Source of the DNA: Malacoraja senta
Taxonomy: Eukaryota
Direction: 5' to 3'
Length of the DNA stretch: 64,000 nucleotides
Assembly (NCBI GenBank): GCA_038087875.1
Contig: CM075978.1
Location: 149,978,001-150,042,000, forward strand
The position numbers and the translations under genes are program-made. This document shows positions 11,295 through 24,039 of the stretch, piece after piece. Position 1 is the stretch's first letter; each line of letters opens with the position of its first letter. The notes under the pieces were generated by a model that was not told where the DNA came from, searched no databases, and worked only from the letters and a program-made list of their open reading frames with translations.

Positions 11295-11930
11295 TGCAGG
11301 AAGATTCCAAAGCTTGCAAGCAGATAGCATAAGATTCAGCAACAGCATCTTCCCCGCTGTTATCAGACTACTGAATGGTCCACTTCTAAGATAGGGTGTA
11401 GTCCTGATGTCCCAACCTACCTCATTGCGCACCTTGCACTTTTTAAAAATCTCTGTAATTGTAATGGGCCTGTCCCACTTTGGTGACTTTTTAGGCGACT
11501 GCAAGAGACTATGCAGTCGCTACATGGTCGCCACATGTTCGCGGGGTGGTTGCCGGGTAGTCGCCTTCATGGTCGTGAGGAGTTCCTGCATTCTGGGAAC
11601 TGGTCGCGGCCTCATTATCGTCGCCGCTAATTCTTCAACATGTTGAAACATTCACAGCGACCATAATGAGGCCGTGACTAGTTCCCAGAATGTGGGAACT
11701 CCTCACGACCATGAAGGCGACTACCCGGCAACCACCCGCGAACCTGTGGCGACTGCATAGTCTCCTGCAGTCGCCTAAAAAGTTGCCTAAGTGGCCCATA
11801 ACACTGCACTCTGGTATTTTTCACTTTGCACTACATATTATACCTGTATATGGTTCGATTGTACTATTGTACAGTACAATCAAACCATATACTGCAGAGC
11901 ATGACTTGACGGGAGAGAACACAAAGAAGC
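11295..11930 (+). mobile_element. Rex1-type LINE 3' region (host of the MITE)
   Basis: 'agattcagcaacagcatcttccccgctgttatcagactactgaat' is a decayed R-F-x-N-S-x-FPAVIRLLN ending. The host is continuous across the MITE. Confidence 0.6.
11465..11798. mobile_element. Palindromic non-autonomous DNA transposon (PIF/Harbinger-type MITE)
   Basis: TAA TSD at 11462-11464 and 11799-11801. TIR TGGGCCTGTCCCACTT (right copy lacks 6 nt). Arms are complementary up to the centre TTCAACA|TGTTGAA at 11640/11641. Confidence 0.85.
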
Positions 11931-12558
11931 ATTGCCAGGGTTAGTTGTAGAGGCAGATAGTGGCATTTAAGAGGCTTTTCAACATGGAAGTGCAGGGAAT
12001 AGAGGGACACAGATTATGTGCAGGCAGATAAGATCAGTTCAGCTAGGCATCATGTTCAGCACAAACATTGTGGGCTGAAGGGCCCATTCCTGTTTTATGT
12101 TTGTCTCAGAGGGTTAAAGTTGTTCTTGTTGGATAAAAGAAGGTTAGAGTGAGGACATCATCCTTGTTTCTTTCAATGTTGAAGTAAATTGATGGCATGG
12201 ATTTGAGAGTTATGTACATGAAATTCAGAAATATTCTTAACTGTAAAAAAAACACATATTTGAAACTAATACAATGTAAGGGATAACTCCAGAAAATTTG
12301 AATTGGAAATGCTGTAACCTGTCACAATGAACATGGATTCTGTGGAAGTGTTTAAAAAATAGCAAAGGGTGGTTATTTCTCTCACAAGGATAAAATAAAA
12401 TTAACCATTGAGAATCCCTTGTTCAATGATAATAAATAATTGCTCGAGCAATTTGGGGAAGTATATATTTCAGTTCCCGTAATCACCTCCAATCCGGCAA
12501 CTCTTTGAGGTTGTTGTGTTCTCTAATTCTGGGTACTCTCAAGTAACTTTGGCTACTT

Positions 12559-12858
12559 AGGGCGGCACAATGGCTCAGTGGTTGAGTTGCTGCCTTACAG
12601 CGCCAGCGACCTGGGTTCAGATTTGACTACAGGTGCAGTCTGTATGGAGTTTGTACGTTCTCCCTGTGACTGTGTAGCGTTTTCTCCAGGTGCTCCAGTT
12701 TCCTCCCACACTCCAAGGACGTATAGGTTTGGCGGTTATTTGATTTTAATAAAAAATATAAAATAGTCCCTCGTGTGTTGGATAGTGTTAGTATATGGAG
12801 TGACCACTGGTTAGCGGGCCGAAGAGCCTGTTTCCGTGCTGTATTCTAAAGTCTAAAG
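12559..12858 (+). mobile_element. HE1-like V-SINE, full length
   Basis: tRNA-like head 'gggcggcacaatggctcagtgg...gggttcagat', conserved core, and CR1-type tail 'gggccgaagagcctgtttcc...ctaaagtctaaag'. Confidence 0.85.
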
Positions 12859-12879
12859 CCCTGTGTCTTTCTTTTCCTC

Positions 12880-13062
12880 TGTGCTAGAGTCTAGAATTCC
12901 ACCCCCTAAATCTCTCAGTTTCTCTCTTTTTAAACTCGCTCTTTAAAACCAACCAATGTCACCTTTGTTAATATTTATGTGACTCAGAGCCAAGTGGTAT
13001 CTGATCACCCTTCTCATGCATTTAACTACATTGACGGTCCCACATAAATGCAAGTTGTTGTA
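12880..13062 (+). mobile_element. Old L2-type 3' end
   Basis: 'tctagaattccaccccctaaatctctc...ctctttaaaacc...actacattgacggt...ataaatgcaagttgttg'. Confidence 0.5.
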
Positions 13063-13544
13063 TTACTTGAGTTAGCCAAAGATTTATAAACTGCCTGTAG
13101 TTCTGTATAGGGAAATTTACTTTTCCTGAAATATTACCAATTATTTCCAGCCGTGTCTCTGGTTTTCATTAACTGCGGTAATAATTAATAGAAGCGTTAT
13201 TGCTGAAGTATTAATGGCTCTATTCTAAGGAATGTTTTACAGTGGACACTTAAAATTTACACAGCTGAGGTTATTCTTAACAAGACTGTGTTAAAGTGAA
13301 TGTGTAGTCACTGCTGTTATTCCTTGACTGGCAAGCTGATTAGTGGACAGGGTAATGTTACAGAGCAGCATTCAGAGAACCATTCAATTAAAATGCCAAA
13401 GTTTCATCTCATATCCCAAATATTTTTAAGGTATTAATTTTGCATTGTGGCTTCCAAAGATGAGCAGTGAGTAGAAATTTCTATCAGACATTCTCAGGAC
13501 ATTATAGAACATCTATGATTCTTTAATTTTAGGTAACTTTCATA

Positions 13545-13792
13545 AACACTACCCTCATCCCCTTCCTCCATTAAAAGTTGGTTAACCAGTTCCACAGTTC
13601 GTAATGATGTATCCCTCTTGCGATCACACCTGCCTGATGTCATCTGTTGACGGCCCCGATTTGACCTGGTCTTTTCTGGCTACCAGTTCCTCCCACCCTA
13701 CAGTTAGCCTGAAGAAGGGTCCCGACCCAAAATGTCACCTGTCCATTTTCTCCAGAGATGCTGCCTGACCCGCTGAGCACTCTGTGTCTATC
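13545..13792 (+). mobile_element. Penelope-like 3' UTR and terminal repeat
   Basis: 'cctgaagaagggtcccgacccaaaatgtcacc...ccagagatgctgcctgacccgctgag'. Confidence 0.75.
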
Positions 13793-14289
13793 CACAAAAC
13801 ATCTCTAATTGGGGTACAGAAGTTAGCACTGCTCACAGCTCCAACAACTTGGATTTGATCATGACCTCTACACAGAGTTTGTATGTTCTTCTCCCTGTGA
13901 TGGCATGTGTTTCTCCTGGGTGGTCCAGATCCCAAATCCCACAGATCATTTGGCAGGTTTACTGGGCCACTGATGTAGATATACGGCAAAAGATTCAGAG
14001 GGGAGATGATTGTCACGTGAGAGAGGATAAATTAGGGTTGACAGGAAATAAGAAAATGGGGGAACTAGACCAGAAAAGGGGGCTTGCTTTGCTGGGAGCT
14101 GACATCGAAGACTGGGTTATGGAATATGCAAGTGAAAACTAAAATGGCATTTTGGAATTGTAGTTTAGGTTTTGAAATGAAAAAAAGGCAAAATTGAACT
14201 TTTATTTTTTGCTTCCATTGTGCCTAATAATTTGAGTACAGCTGCAAAAGTGTTGGAAGAGTTAATTATATTTATAGTCATAGTTAAAA

Positions 14290-14621
14290 TAGAGATGTGG
14301 TGGGCCAAAGGGCCTGTTTCTGTGCTGTACAATTGTATGATTCTATACAGACACAAGGAACTGCACTTGCTGGAACATTGAGTCAAACACAAAGTGCTGA
14401 AGTAACTCATTGAGTCAGGCAGCACCTCTGGAGGACAAGAATGGGTGATGTTTCTAGTTGGGACCTTTCTTCAGTCTACAGGAGGTGCTGCCTGACCCAC
14501 TGAATACTTCAGCAATTTGTGTTCTGCACAATGTTCCAGCAAATGCAGTTCCTTGTGTCTGTATATAGAGTCATACGATTGTACAGAACAGAAACAGGCC
14601 CTTTGGCCCACCGCATCTCTA
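14290..14621. repeat. Inverted duplication of a Penelope end plus the flanking CR1 tail
   Basis: 14290-14428 is the near reverse complement of 14482-14621. Confidence 0.85.
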
Positions 14622-14739
14622 CCAAGCATTGTGCACATCAAGATTAATCTCATTTACCTGCATTAAGTCCACATCTCTCTGTGCCTTGCCTGTTTTCTCC
14701 ATTCCTGTTCTTAGTTCTTATGAAAGGTCTTCAACCTTT

Positions 14740-15066
14740 CGAGATAGAGATACTGCATGGAACAGGGCCTTCAGCCCACCGAGTCCACACCAACTATCGG
14801 TCACCCGTTCACATTAATTCTATGTTATCCCGCTTTCTCATCCACTCCTTAAACACTGAGGTGGATGGGAGGGTGGCAATTTACAGAGGCCAAATGACCT
14901 ACAAACCCGCATATCTGGGAGGAAACAGGAAAATCTGGAGGAAACCCACGCAGCCACATGAAGAACGTGCAAACTCCACGCAGGCAGCACCCGAGGTCAG
15001 GGTCGAAATCTGGGTTTCTAAAGCTGTAAGGCAGCAGCTCTACCAGTGGGACCACTGTACCGTCCT
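14740..15066 (-). mobile_element. HE1-like V-SINE
   Basis: Reverse-strand tail, core and head motifs. Confidence 0.8.
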
Positions 15067-17697
15067 CAAACATTGACTCAGTCCCAGAAACTAGGAAAGG
15101 AAGGTTTTCTGCTTTCTCCAGAATTTGTTTCAGGTTTCTTCATCTGTAGTTTTTTAAAGATTTCCCTTTGATGTGCAAATAACGTGTAATGTGATATAAA
15201 TACTCGGTAGGGTCAGGCAATATCTCCAGAGTGAGAAAGAGAATTCATATTTCAGGTCAATCAGAATACTTTTATAGATTTAGTTTAGGGAGAGAATTTC
15301 AGAGATTTAAGTCCATGGAAATGAAGGCAAGATGGGATGGAGGAAATGGGAGATAAAAGAAAGACACAAAATGCTGGAACAACTCAGCGGGTCAGGCAGC
15401 ATCTCTGGAGAAAAGGAATAACTGACTTTTTGGGTCAAGGCCCTTCTTCATACTGTTCTTCGGACTTTTGACTTTCAGACAAAAGAGGACTATAGGGAGT
15501 TTGTTCCACTCACAAAATGGCATTTGTGGTTTGGAAACCCACTGTCTTTTCTTCCCGCAAAAATAAAATTAAACTGCATTCCACAAAGAATCCTATTTGA
15601 ACTGCAGGGAAAGACTTGGCAGGGTTAAGTTTTTGTGACTGCGAGTCCCAGCTGTTGTTTCCTATGAGTTTCAGCAGCTGCCAGCGTTGTTAATGGCTGT
15701 AAATTTATGCATAAATTTCCCACTGCTACAGCGCAATGCTGCCTCGGAATAGTCTGCATTCGCCACCAGAGAGGAGATGTGAACCTGCGAGTGACGTGGC
15801 GCTTATTACCAAACCTCAGAGCAAGGAGGCCGTTGATGGAATCTCTTAATGAGTAATTAAGCAACTTTGCAGAAGCTGACGTCGTCACATTTATGTTTAG
15901 GGATTTGCGCCTCTTCGCAACTCCCCCACCCCTCATCTCCAGGTGAATTTATCTGAAGCCAAAAAATGTAACATTTAATAAAAATGCAGGTAGAAGAGGT
16001 TGCTTTAACAGATCGGGCAATGCGTTGATCTTAAATTAATTCCGATCATGCCAATAGTCTTCAATGTAACTAATTACCATTTACTCAGTTCCACTGCAGT
16101 CTGAAAAATTCCTCATTCATGAGTGGTATTGAAGTAATGTGAGTTAATTCACTTTCCTAGTTTGTGCTTTGCACTGCATAGTACTTTGAACGTTGTCGGA
16201 CATGTTCAAGTAAACTTCTGACTTAAAAAAATTGAGTTTAATTATCTTTTAAATCTCCCCTCTTAATCTCCCTCTTTCATAATAATTGTGTTCATTATTA
16301 CAAGGACAGGGCCTTCATGCTGGTTGCTTTTAATTTTTTTTAAATGTGCCCATTACATTTTTACTTATTTTCAAAAATTCCACTGCATTAGAGAATTAAT
16401 TATTCAACAGACTAGGAAATATTGAGTTTTAGGATGTAATGTGCCCCATTAGACAAGCGTAGTAAAGAATTATGATTCACTTTGACATTTTGTTTGTTTT
16501 ATTCCAAGACTTTGACTTCAGGCCCACTGGTCACAGCTGCCTGGCAGGGAGAGGTCTCCGCAACCTGGCTTGGAGTGGTTTTAACATAATGCAGTCAAAG
16601 CAGCAAGCTTGCTAAAGATGCCTGGCTTAATGACTTGAGCTGCAAATGAGCGATGCTAAGTCAACTTCATCATACGATAACCCTATGACTCATCCAAATA
16701 TATTTTCCAATGATATAATTAGTTTTCCCTGTTCAAAACTATTTGTTTTTTTAAGCAACTAGATTTTCTTGGATTTCATCTTTTCTGAACAATACTGCAC
16801 TATTTGACAATTAAGTGTCTTTAAAGATTAAAATGGATTCCACTGCAATAAGCTGCAGAGTTGCACCTACGTATAAAAAAAGGGGAAATCCACTTCCCAC
16901 TGAGAATAATTACAATTATGTTGTAAAAATAAGGCTTATGTATGTTTCTTGTTAGACGGGGAGTTCACTGCCAACTAACGGAGTCAACCTTGAATAAAGT
17001 AACTGTATCATGGTGACTGGTAGTGTACTAACATTATATGGCAAGCGACTAATTAATTGACAATTGCAATGATCAAATCTCACAAAAGTTGGGGTTCTTT
17101 GCAAAAAGCTGAGTGAATTGTTCAGCTAGTTTATGATTTTCAGTTATTCGAAAGAGTATTTCTGCAGCAATCATGATGTTCTGTATCATTAAATATTAAC
17201 CCTTACAAAGATATCAGACAAGATCACATTTCTATTATTCTATAACCATGGGTTGTAGCATTGCAGTAATAAGCACAACATATGGATAGTGTTCTCAATG
17301 TAGCATAGTTTATCCCGGGGAATCAGCAGCAGGAGATTTGGTATGAACAGAAGAAATATGAGCATAGGAAACTGAGGGAAATGAAAGAAATATGTGATGG
17401 TCATCTTTTGGCAAATTGGTTGATTGCTGCTTCAGTGGCTGATGGTTAGCTAACTGAGTATTGATTAGTTAACAGGATTAGGAGAAAATTGATCAGTTAG
17501 GTTATATGTTGTTTGGTGAGCAGGCTTAGTGGCTAGAGATAGTTATATGAACAAACAAATGGGCAAATTCTTGCTAGGTCACAGGGTACTTGAAGCCTGC
17601 TCTGACATTTAGTATGATTGTGGCTCATCTGATTATAACCTCTGCATTCCCTTATACTCGTGTAACATTCCACCCGCTTGCTTGTCAAGTATGCCAA

Positions 17698-18192
17698 GGG
17701 CAGCACAGTGGTGCAGCGGTAGATCTGCTGCCTCACTGCACTAGAGACTGATTTTGATTTTGATTTTGATTCAATTTATTGTCATTGCACTTTTCAGTGC
17801 AACGAAATGGTTTAGCCTGCAGTCATAACATAGAATAAATAACAAAAACACACACTCAACACAGTTTAACATCCACCACAGTGAGTCCACCAGGCACCTC
17901 CTCACTGTGATGGAAGGCGAAAAGTCCCAAAGTCCATGGACCCGGGTTCAATCCTGACTTTGTGAGCTGTCTGTATGAAGTTCCCCCTGTGACCATGTGG
18001 GTTTTCTCTGGGTGCTCCAGTTTCTTCCCACATTCCAAAGACATGTAGGCTTATAGCATAATTATCTTCAGCAAATTGTCCCAAGTGTGTAGGATGCAAA
18101 AGTGTAATAACAGAACTAGTGTACGGGTGATCATTGGTCGGCATGGACTCGGTGGGCCGAAGGACCTGTGTCCACGCTATATCTCTAAAACA
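17698..18192 (+). mobile_element. HE1-like V-SINE interrupted by a Rex1-type tail (~17750-17935, minus strand)
   Basis: The head 'gggcagcacagtggtgcagcggtag...agagac' breaks and resumes at 'gacccgggttcaatcctgac'. Confidence 0.8.
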
Positions 18193-18273
18193 AAAAGTAT
18201 CCTTCATTTTTAAACAAAAAAACATCTTACATCTCCCTTTCAGGAAAAAAAATGTTCTGTGCACTTACAGCTT

Positions 18274-19045
18274 ATAGACAATAGACAATAGACAATAGGT
18301 GCAGAAGTAGGCCATTCGGCCCTTCGAGCCAGCACCGCCATTCAATGTGATCATGGCTGATCATCCCCAATCAGTACCCCGTTCCTGCCTTCTCCCCATA
18401 TCCCCTGATGCCGATATTTTTATGAGCCCTATCTAGCGCTCTCTTGAAAGCATCCAGAGAACCTGCCTCCACCACCCTCTGAGGCAGAGAATTCCACAGA
18501 CTCACCACTCTCTGTGAGAAAAAGTGTTTCCTCGTCTCCGTTCTAAATGGCTTACTCCTTATTCTTAAACTGTGGCCCCTGGTTCTGGACTCCCCCAACA
18601 TCGGGAACATGTTTCCTGCCTCTAGCGAGTCCAAACTCTTAACAATCTTATGTTTTAATGAGATCCCCTCTCATTCTTCTAAACTCCAGAGTGTACAAGC
18701 CCAGCTGCTCCATTCTCTCAGCATATGACAGTCCCGCCATCCCAGGAATTAACCTTGTAAACCTACACTGCACTCCCTCAATAGCAAGAATGTCCTTCCT
18801 TAAATTAGAGGACCAAAATTGGACACAATACTCCAGGTGTGGTGTCACTAGGGCTCTGTACAACTGCAGAAGGACCTCTTTGCTCCTATATTCGATTCCT
18901 CTTGTTATAAAGGCCAACATGCCATTCGCTTTCTTCACTGCCTGCTGTACCTGCATGCTTACTTTCATTGACTGATGTACAAGGATCCCCAGATCCCGTT
19001 GTACTTCCCCTTTTCCCAACTTGATGCCATTTAGATAGTTATCTG
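18274..19045 (-). mobile_element. CR1 LINE, 5'-truncated (RT C-terminus plus 3' UTR)
   Basis: ORFs read QRDLGILVHQSMKVSMQVQQAVKKANGMLAFI...PHLEYCVQFWS and SRTRGHSLRI...FFSQRVVSLWNSLP. Tail is (TCTATTG)3. Confidence 0.95.
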
Positions 19046-20102
19046 ACAAGAAAATCTTTTTCCTAATCTCCAAATTAAATAGTGACCACTTATTTTTAAG
19101 TAGCGTCCCTTGAGTTTAGATTCTCCAGCAGGAGGAATCATTCTCTCCACATCTACTCTGTAAGCCCCTTAGAATCTGATGTATTCAGTCACATCATCTC
19201 TCACTCATCTAAGCTCCAGCAGATAGAGATGTTGAGGTGAACAAAATGGAAACAGGCTCTTCAGTACGACTTGTCAATGCCAACCAAGTAGTCCCACCAC
19301 GCCTTAAAAATATCCATTGATGGCCTCCATGGCCACCTGTGGCAATTAATTCCACAGATTCACCACGATCTGACTAAAAAAAATTCCTCCTCATCTTCTT
19401 TCGCAAGGTAGTCCTTTTATTCTGAGGCTATGGTCTCTGGTCCTAGACTCTCCCGTTAGTGGAAACATCCTCTCCACATTCCTCAATCCAGGAAATGGTT
19501 CAATTTAGACGAATGCTACTTCATTATAAATGGGATTCACAATAAGCCAAGCTGTGAATAGACTGAGACTATTTCAGCTCTTATTTCAATTTCTCTTGCT
19601 CTCCTCTTCCCCTCTAATCAGTCATCAGCAGTGATCATTGGGTCGAGAAAGTGAGTTGATAGTTCACACAGTCAATTAACTTTAACAAACAATTCAATTG
19701 AGTTACTAAAAGAAGCAGCAAAATAGATTGTGTGGGGTGTGGGAGTGAGACGGCGCAATTGGAAATCTCCACTGGAGATGATGAGATAGGATATGACAGA
19801 GGAAATTAGCAGTGAATTGAAATATTATCCTTTCACCTCTGGAACCACAGTTTGAATTGAGAGCGATGTTATGAAAATCTTTCTCTTTTCCTTCCCAGTC
19901 CTGGCTTAGGTTATTAATCACACAAATTCTAATTGTTTCAAACCAATTCTCTGCAGAATTGACTCCTCTGCATGAAAGAGTCCCAAATTTGGTATTGATT
20001 GTGCAGTTTTGCTCAGATATCCCATTTACACAGGAGATTAAATTCAGTTCAGATCAGATTGATCCAAATTAAATTAGACCTTTCCAGTTTTTACAATACA
20101 CA

Positions 20103-20410
20103 GGGTGGCACAGTGGCACAGCTGGTAGAGCTTCCACCTCACAACGCAGAGACCCAGGTTCAATCCTGACCTCGGTTGCTGTCTGTGTGGAGTTGCTACG
20201 TTCTGCCTGTGACCAAGTGGGTTTCCTCCGGGTGCTCCGGTTTCTTCCCACATCCCAAAGACGTGTGGGTTTGGAGGTTAATAGGCTGTCTATAAATTGT
20301 CCCTAGTGTGTAAAAGTATAATAACATAGAATTAGCATGAAGGGGTGATTGATGATCGATTTGGACTTGATGGGATGAAGGGTCTGTTTCGATTCTGTAT
20401 CTCTAAAACC
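20103..20410 (+). mobile_element. HE1-like V-SINE, full length
   Basis: Head with A/B-box-like 'tggcacagctgg' and 'ggttcaatcc', core and tail. Confidence 0.85.
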
Positions 20411-21529
20411 AATAACAAAATAAAAAAGACACCTCTCCTTGCTGAATAATTGGAATGTTATTCACTGGGAAACGGTGTGTTCCTTTTAACAGAGGAAACA
20501 ATCACATGATGACCAAGTGTGGTTTAGAAACAGGATCAGAAATCAGTGACATAGTTCTTGGAACTTCACTTCAAAATGGCATAAAATGTTTTAAGTTACT
20601 GGACCGGACTACCATTTGATGTTAATGGCTCATCTTATTGATATTAATCTATCTCAGAAAAAAAGATTCAAAGGGTAGGGAAGGGAAAGAGTAGAGAAGG
20701 TAAATGCAAGCTGAAGGGGAAAAATTGTTAAACATGGTTTGGAAATGGAAGCTTAAATTGCATGACTTAATGTGCGTGCACTCACATTACAGAGCATCAT
20801 AATAGCAAATGGAAATCCAGGATAAATGTGCTCCTGTGGAAATAACATACAAGTTATTCTTTGGAGGACATGGAAAGGTTATGCTGCTTTCTCCTGAGAT
20901 TGGAGTTGACACAGATTAACTTTGGCCAGACAACGACATGTCCATGTAATTTGTTCCATTCACAACATTATTGTGCAACTGGGTTGTTTCAGTAGGTCAA
21001 AGGTTAGTGAATGTCAGTTGGGATGGTGGCCCAAAGTGAAGATTCAGCATACAAATGTAATCAACATATTTCTTTTGAAATCCATCTTAGACATTGTGAC
21101 AAACAGGCTGATGTTGAGATTCTTGTTTTGTGTTTTTTTCGATCTTTAGATTCCCCCACCGCGCCCATGGAAAAATAAATGTGTATTATCGGCATAAGAG
21201 GGGGGAAAAACAGCTAACATCAGTAATTATTTTGATATGAAACGTTCAAGGCAATTATGTTGGGTACATTTTTCTTCCTTCTACTTGAAGGACTGATGAA
21301 TACATTATGAATATTATTACTTATTAAATACACAAGTAGAAAGTTAGCTCTCCCTTGAACAGTGTCCTGCATAAGGCTGGACAAGGGTTGTGGCCAGTGT
21401 TATAATGGCTAGGATGTGTGGGATCACGGGGAATCCATTATATGTTGACATTTTACAACCAAAATCAAGTTTGATATAACCTAGTAGTGTGTTTTACTAT
21501 TGGGGGAAAGGATTGGTCACAGTGCTGAA

Positions 21530-21955
21530 TGGCACGGTGGTGCAGCGGTTGAGTTGCTGCCTTACAGTGCCAGAGACCCAGGTTTGATCCTGACTACGGG
21601 CGCTGTCTGTACGGAGTTTGTACGTTCTTCCCCCTGACCGCTTGGGTTTTCCCCAGGTGCTCCGGTTTCCTCCCACATTCCAAAAATATACTGGTTTGTA
21701 GGTTGACACAAAAAGCTGGAATAACTCAGCGGGTCAGACAGCATCTCTGGAGAAAATGAATAGGTGATGTTTCGGGTTGAGACACTTCTTCTTCTGAAGG
21801 TTGGTTGAAACCAGCATCTACAGTTCCTTCCTACATAGGATTGTAGATTAATTGGCTTCTGTAAATTGTCCCTAGTGTGTAGGATAGTGGTAGTGTACAG
21901 GGATCGCTGGGCTGAAGGGCCTGTTTCTGCACTCTATCTCTGAATGAAACTAAAC
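21530..21955 (+). mobile_element. HE1-like V-SINE with a nested Penelope fold-back fragment (~21704-21836)
   Basis: The SINE breaks at 'ggtttgtaggtt' and resumes at 'ttgtagattaattggc'. Confidence 0.8.
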
Positions 21956-21995
21956 CGTGCCATTTGGGGACTGAGAACCAAACTTGACAATGACA

Positions 21996-22307
21996 TTTTA
22001 GTTTAGTTTAGAGATACAGCATGGAAACAGGCCCCTCAGCCTACCGAGTCCATGTTAACCATTGGTCATCCGTCCACTAGTTCTATGTTATCCCACTTTC
22101 GCATGCTACACACCAGGGACAATTTACAAAAGCCAATTAACCTGCAAACCACGTCTTTTGAAAGTGGGAGGAAACCGGAGCAAACCCAAGTGGTCACAGG
22201 GAGAACACACACACACACCGCACCGACAGCACCCATTGTCAGGTTCAAACCGGGGGCTCCGACGCTGTAAAGCAGCAGCTCTACCCGCTGCGCCACTGTG
22301 CTGCCCT
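21996..22307 (-). mobile_element. HE1-like V-SINE, full length
   Basis: Reverse-strand copy, tail-to-tail with the copy at 21530-21955. Confidence 0.85.
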
Positions 22308-22429
22308 GTATTTGCATCCCATGATGTTGTGTGCCATCATTGTAGATCCTTGACCATCTACACGTCCCGTTGTAGATGTGGGACGATCATTCATTTATCC
22401 ACAACATTAGTAGGCAGGCAATATCTCTT

Positions 22430-22533
22430 AAAAATAGCTTTTTCCCAAAGTTGTATGATTTGATTTAAATGGCAAAATGCCAAAAATAGCTTTTTCCCAA
22501 AGTTGTATGATTTGATTTAAATGTCAAAATGCC
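22430..22533. repeat. 52-bp tandem duplication
   Basis: 22430-22481 and 22482-22533 differ by one base. Confidence 0.95.
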
Positions 22534-24039
22534 CTAGAACAGGCTCCAAATAGATAAAGAGAAAATAAATCCATGATTTCTAGTCAATCAGAACAACATC
22601 TCTACATATCAATTTCTGCTTTTATGAATGTTCCTCAGTTTTCAAGAACTCACATTTGACAAGAACTCACACATTAAGAAAAAGATGGAGGCCAAATGGT
22701 TGATGGAATGTTTAATTAAATGCTAAATTAATTTATTTTCCAATTAACCATTAGGAAGGCTAAGCAATGCATAGGATTGGTGACCCAGGCCTTTGTCCCA
22801 GTGATGAGGGAATGCCATAAGATCATAAGGATTTGGAACAGGAATAGACTCCTCCAGTCAGAGATCATTAAACTGTGCAGCACATAAACAGGCCCTTTGG
22901 TCCATAGTGTTTGGGCGACACGGTGGCGCAGCGGTAGAGTTGCTGCCTAAAAGGCCAGACACCCAGGATAGATCGTGACTACGGGTGCTGTCAGTATGGC
23001 GTTTATACATTTTTTTGAAACAACAAGCAGAGAATCATCACGTTGAATGGTTCTTTATTGTCACGTATGCACAGCACAGTGAAATTATTTTACACAACCA
23101 CAAATGCACAGTCGCCATATTTTGGTGCCCTCTACAAAAAAAGAAAAACAGTCCAAAGTATAAAGTCCGGTCCAGATGTTGGAAGTACTGAAGCACCCCC
23201 AGTCCAGTGCCACCTTGCAACTTCCAAGCATCTGACATCCAATCCCGGCCCAAGCAGATATGCAGTTTCTTATATTCTCATTTTAAGGTCTGATGTCCTG
23301 GTGCCACTGGATTGATGAAATATAGGCTTATTCCTAGAGGCTAGTGCTTAGGCCTTATTTAGGCTGAGAGAACTAGAGTCTTAGAGAGTATATTTGAAAA
23401 TTTGGCATCCACACTTTTCTGGGACAGAAGAAATTTTCAAAGACTTGCAACTCTGAATAAAAAAATGTCTTCTACATCTCAGTCTTAAATGGTTGCCTCC
23501 TAATTCTGATTCTGTGCTAACTCATCCTCGGTTCTTCCAGGAGAGAAAATAAACTCCCAGTATTTAACCTGTCAAACCCTTTAGGAATCTTAACATCAAA
23601 CATAAAAAAATACAGCACAGGTACAGGCCCTTTGGCCCTCAATGTCTGAGATGAACACGATACCAAGATAAACTGATCTCCTCTGCCTGTACATGATCCA
23701 TTTCCCTGCATATGCCTGTGCCTATCTAAAAGCCTCTTAAGCGATTGAATCACATTCTTTTCAGACCCAACCTGTTAAGCCTTTCCTCATAAGACAATCC
23801 CGCCCTACACAAGTCATCGTCCTTACATTTGCCCTTACACATCCTGTGAGCTTTTGCAATTGCACTAGTAATTAGAGACCTGTTTCACCCTGGCATCCTC
23901 TGCAGGATATCTAGTGCCCCTGGAGACTGAGGCAAATAACAGTTTGTCTCCTTGTAAAATCAGGCTGAAGAATTGCTAATGTGCAGCGCAGAGTCTAAAC
24001 CAGCGAATGTAATTTGGAATATTTATTTCAATGTGAAAT

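Noticed and set aside
22355-22385. Apparent H-type pseudoknot (CATCTACA/TGTAGATG with CGTCCC/GGGACG)
   Set aside because: Connecting loops of 0-2 nt are too short for both stems to form; more likely a micro-rearrangement or chance.
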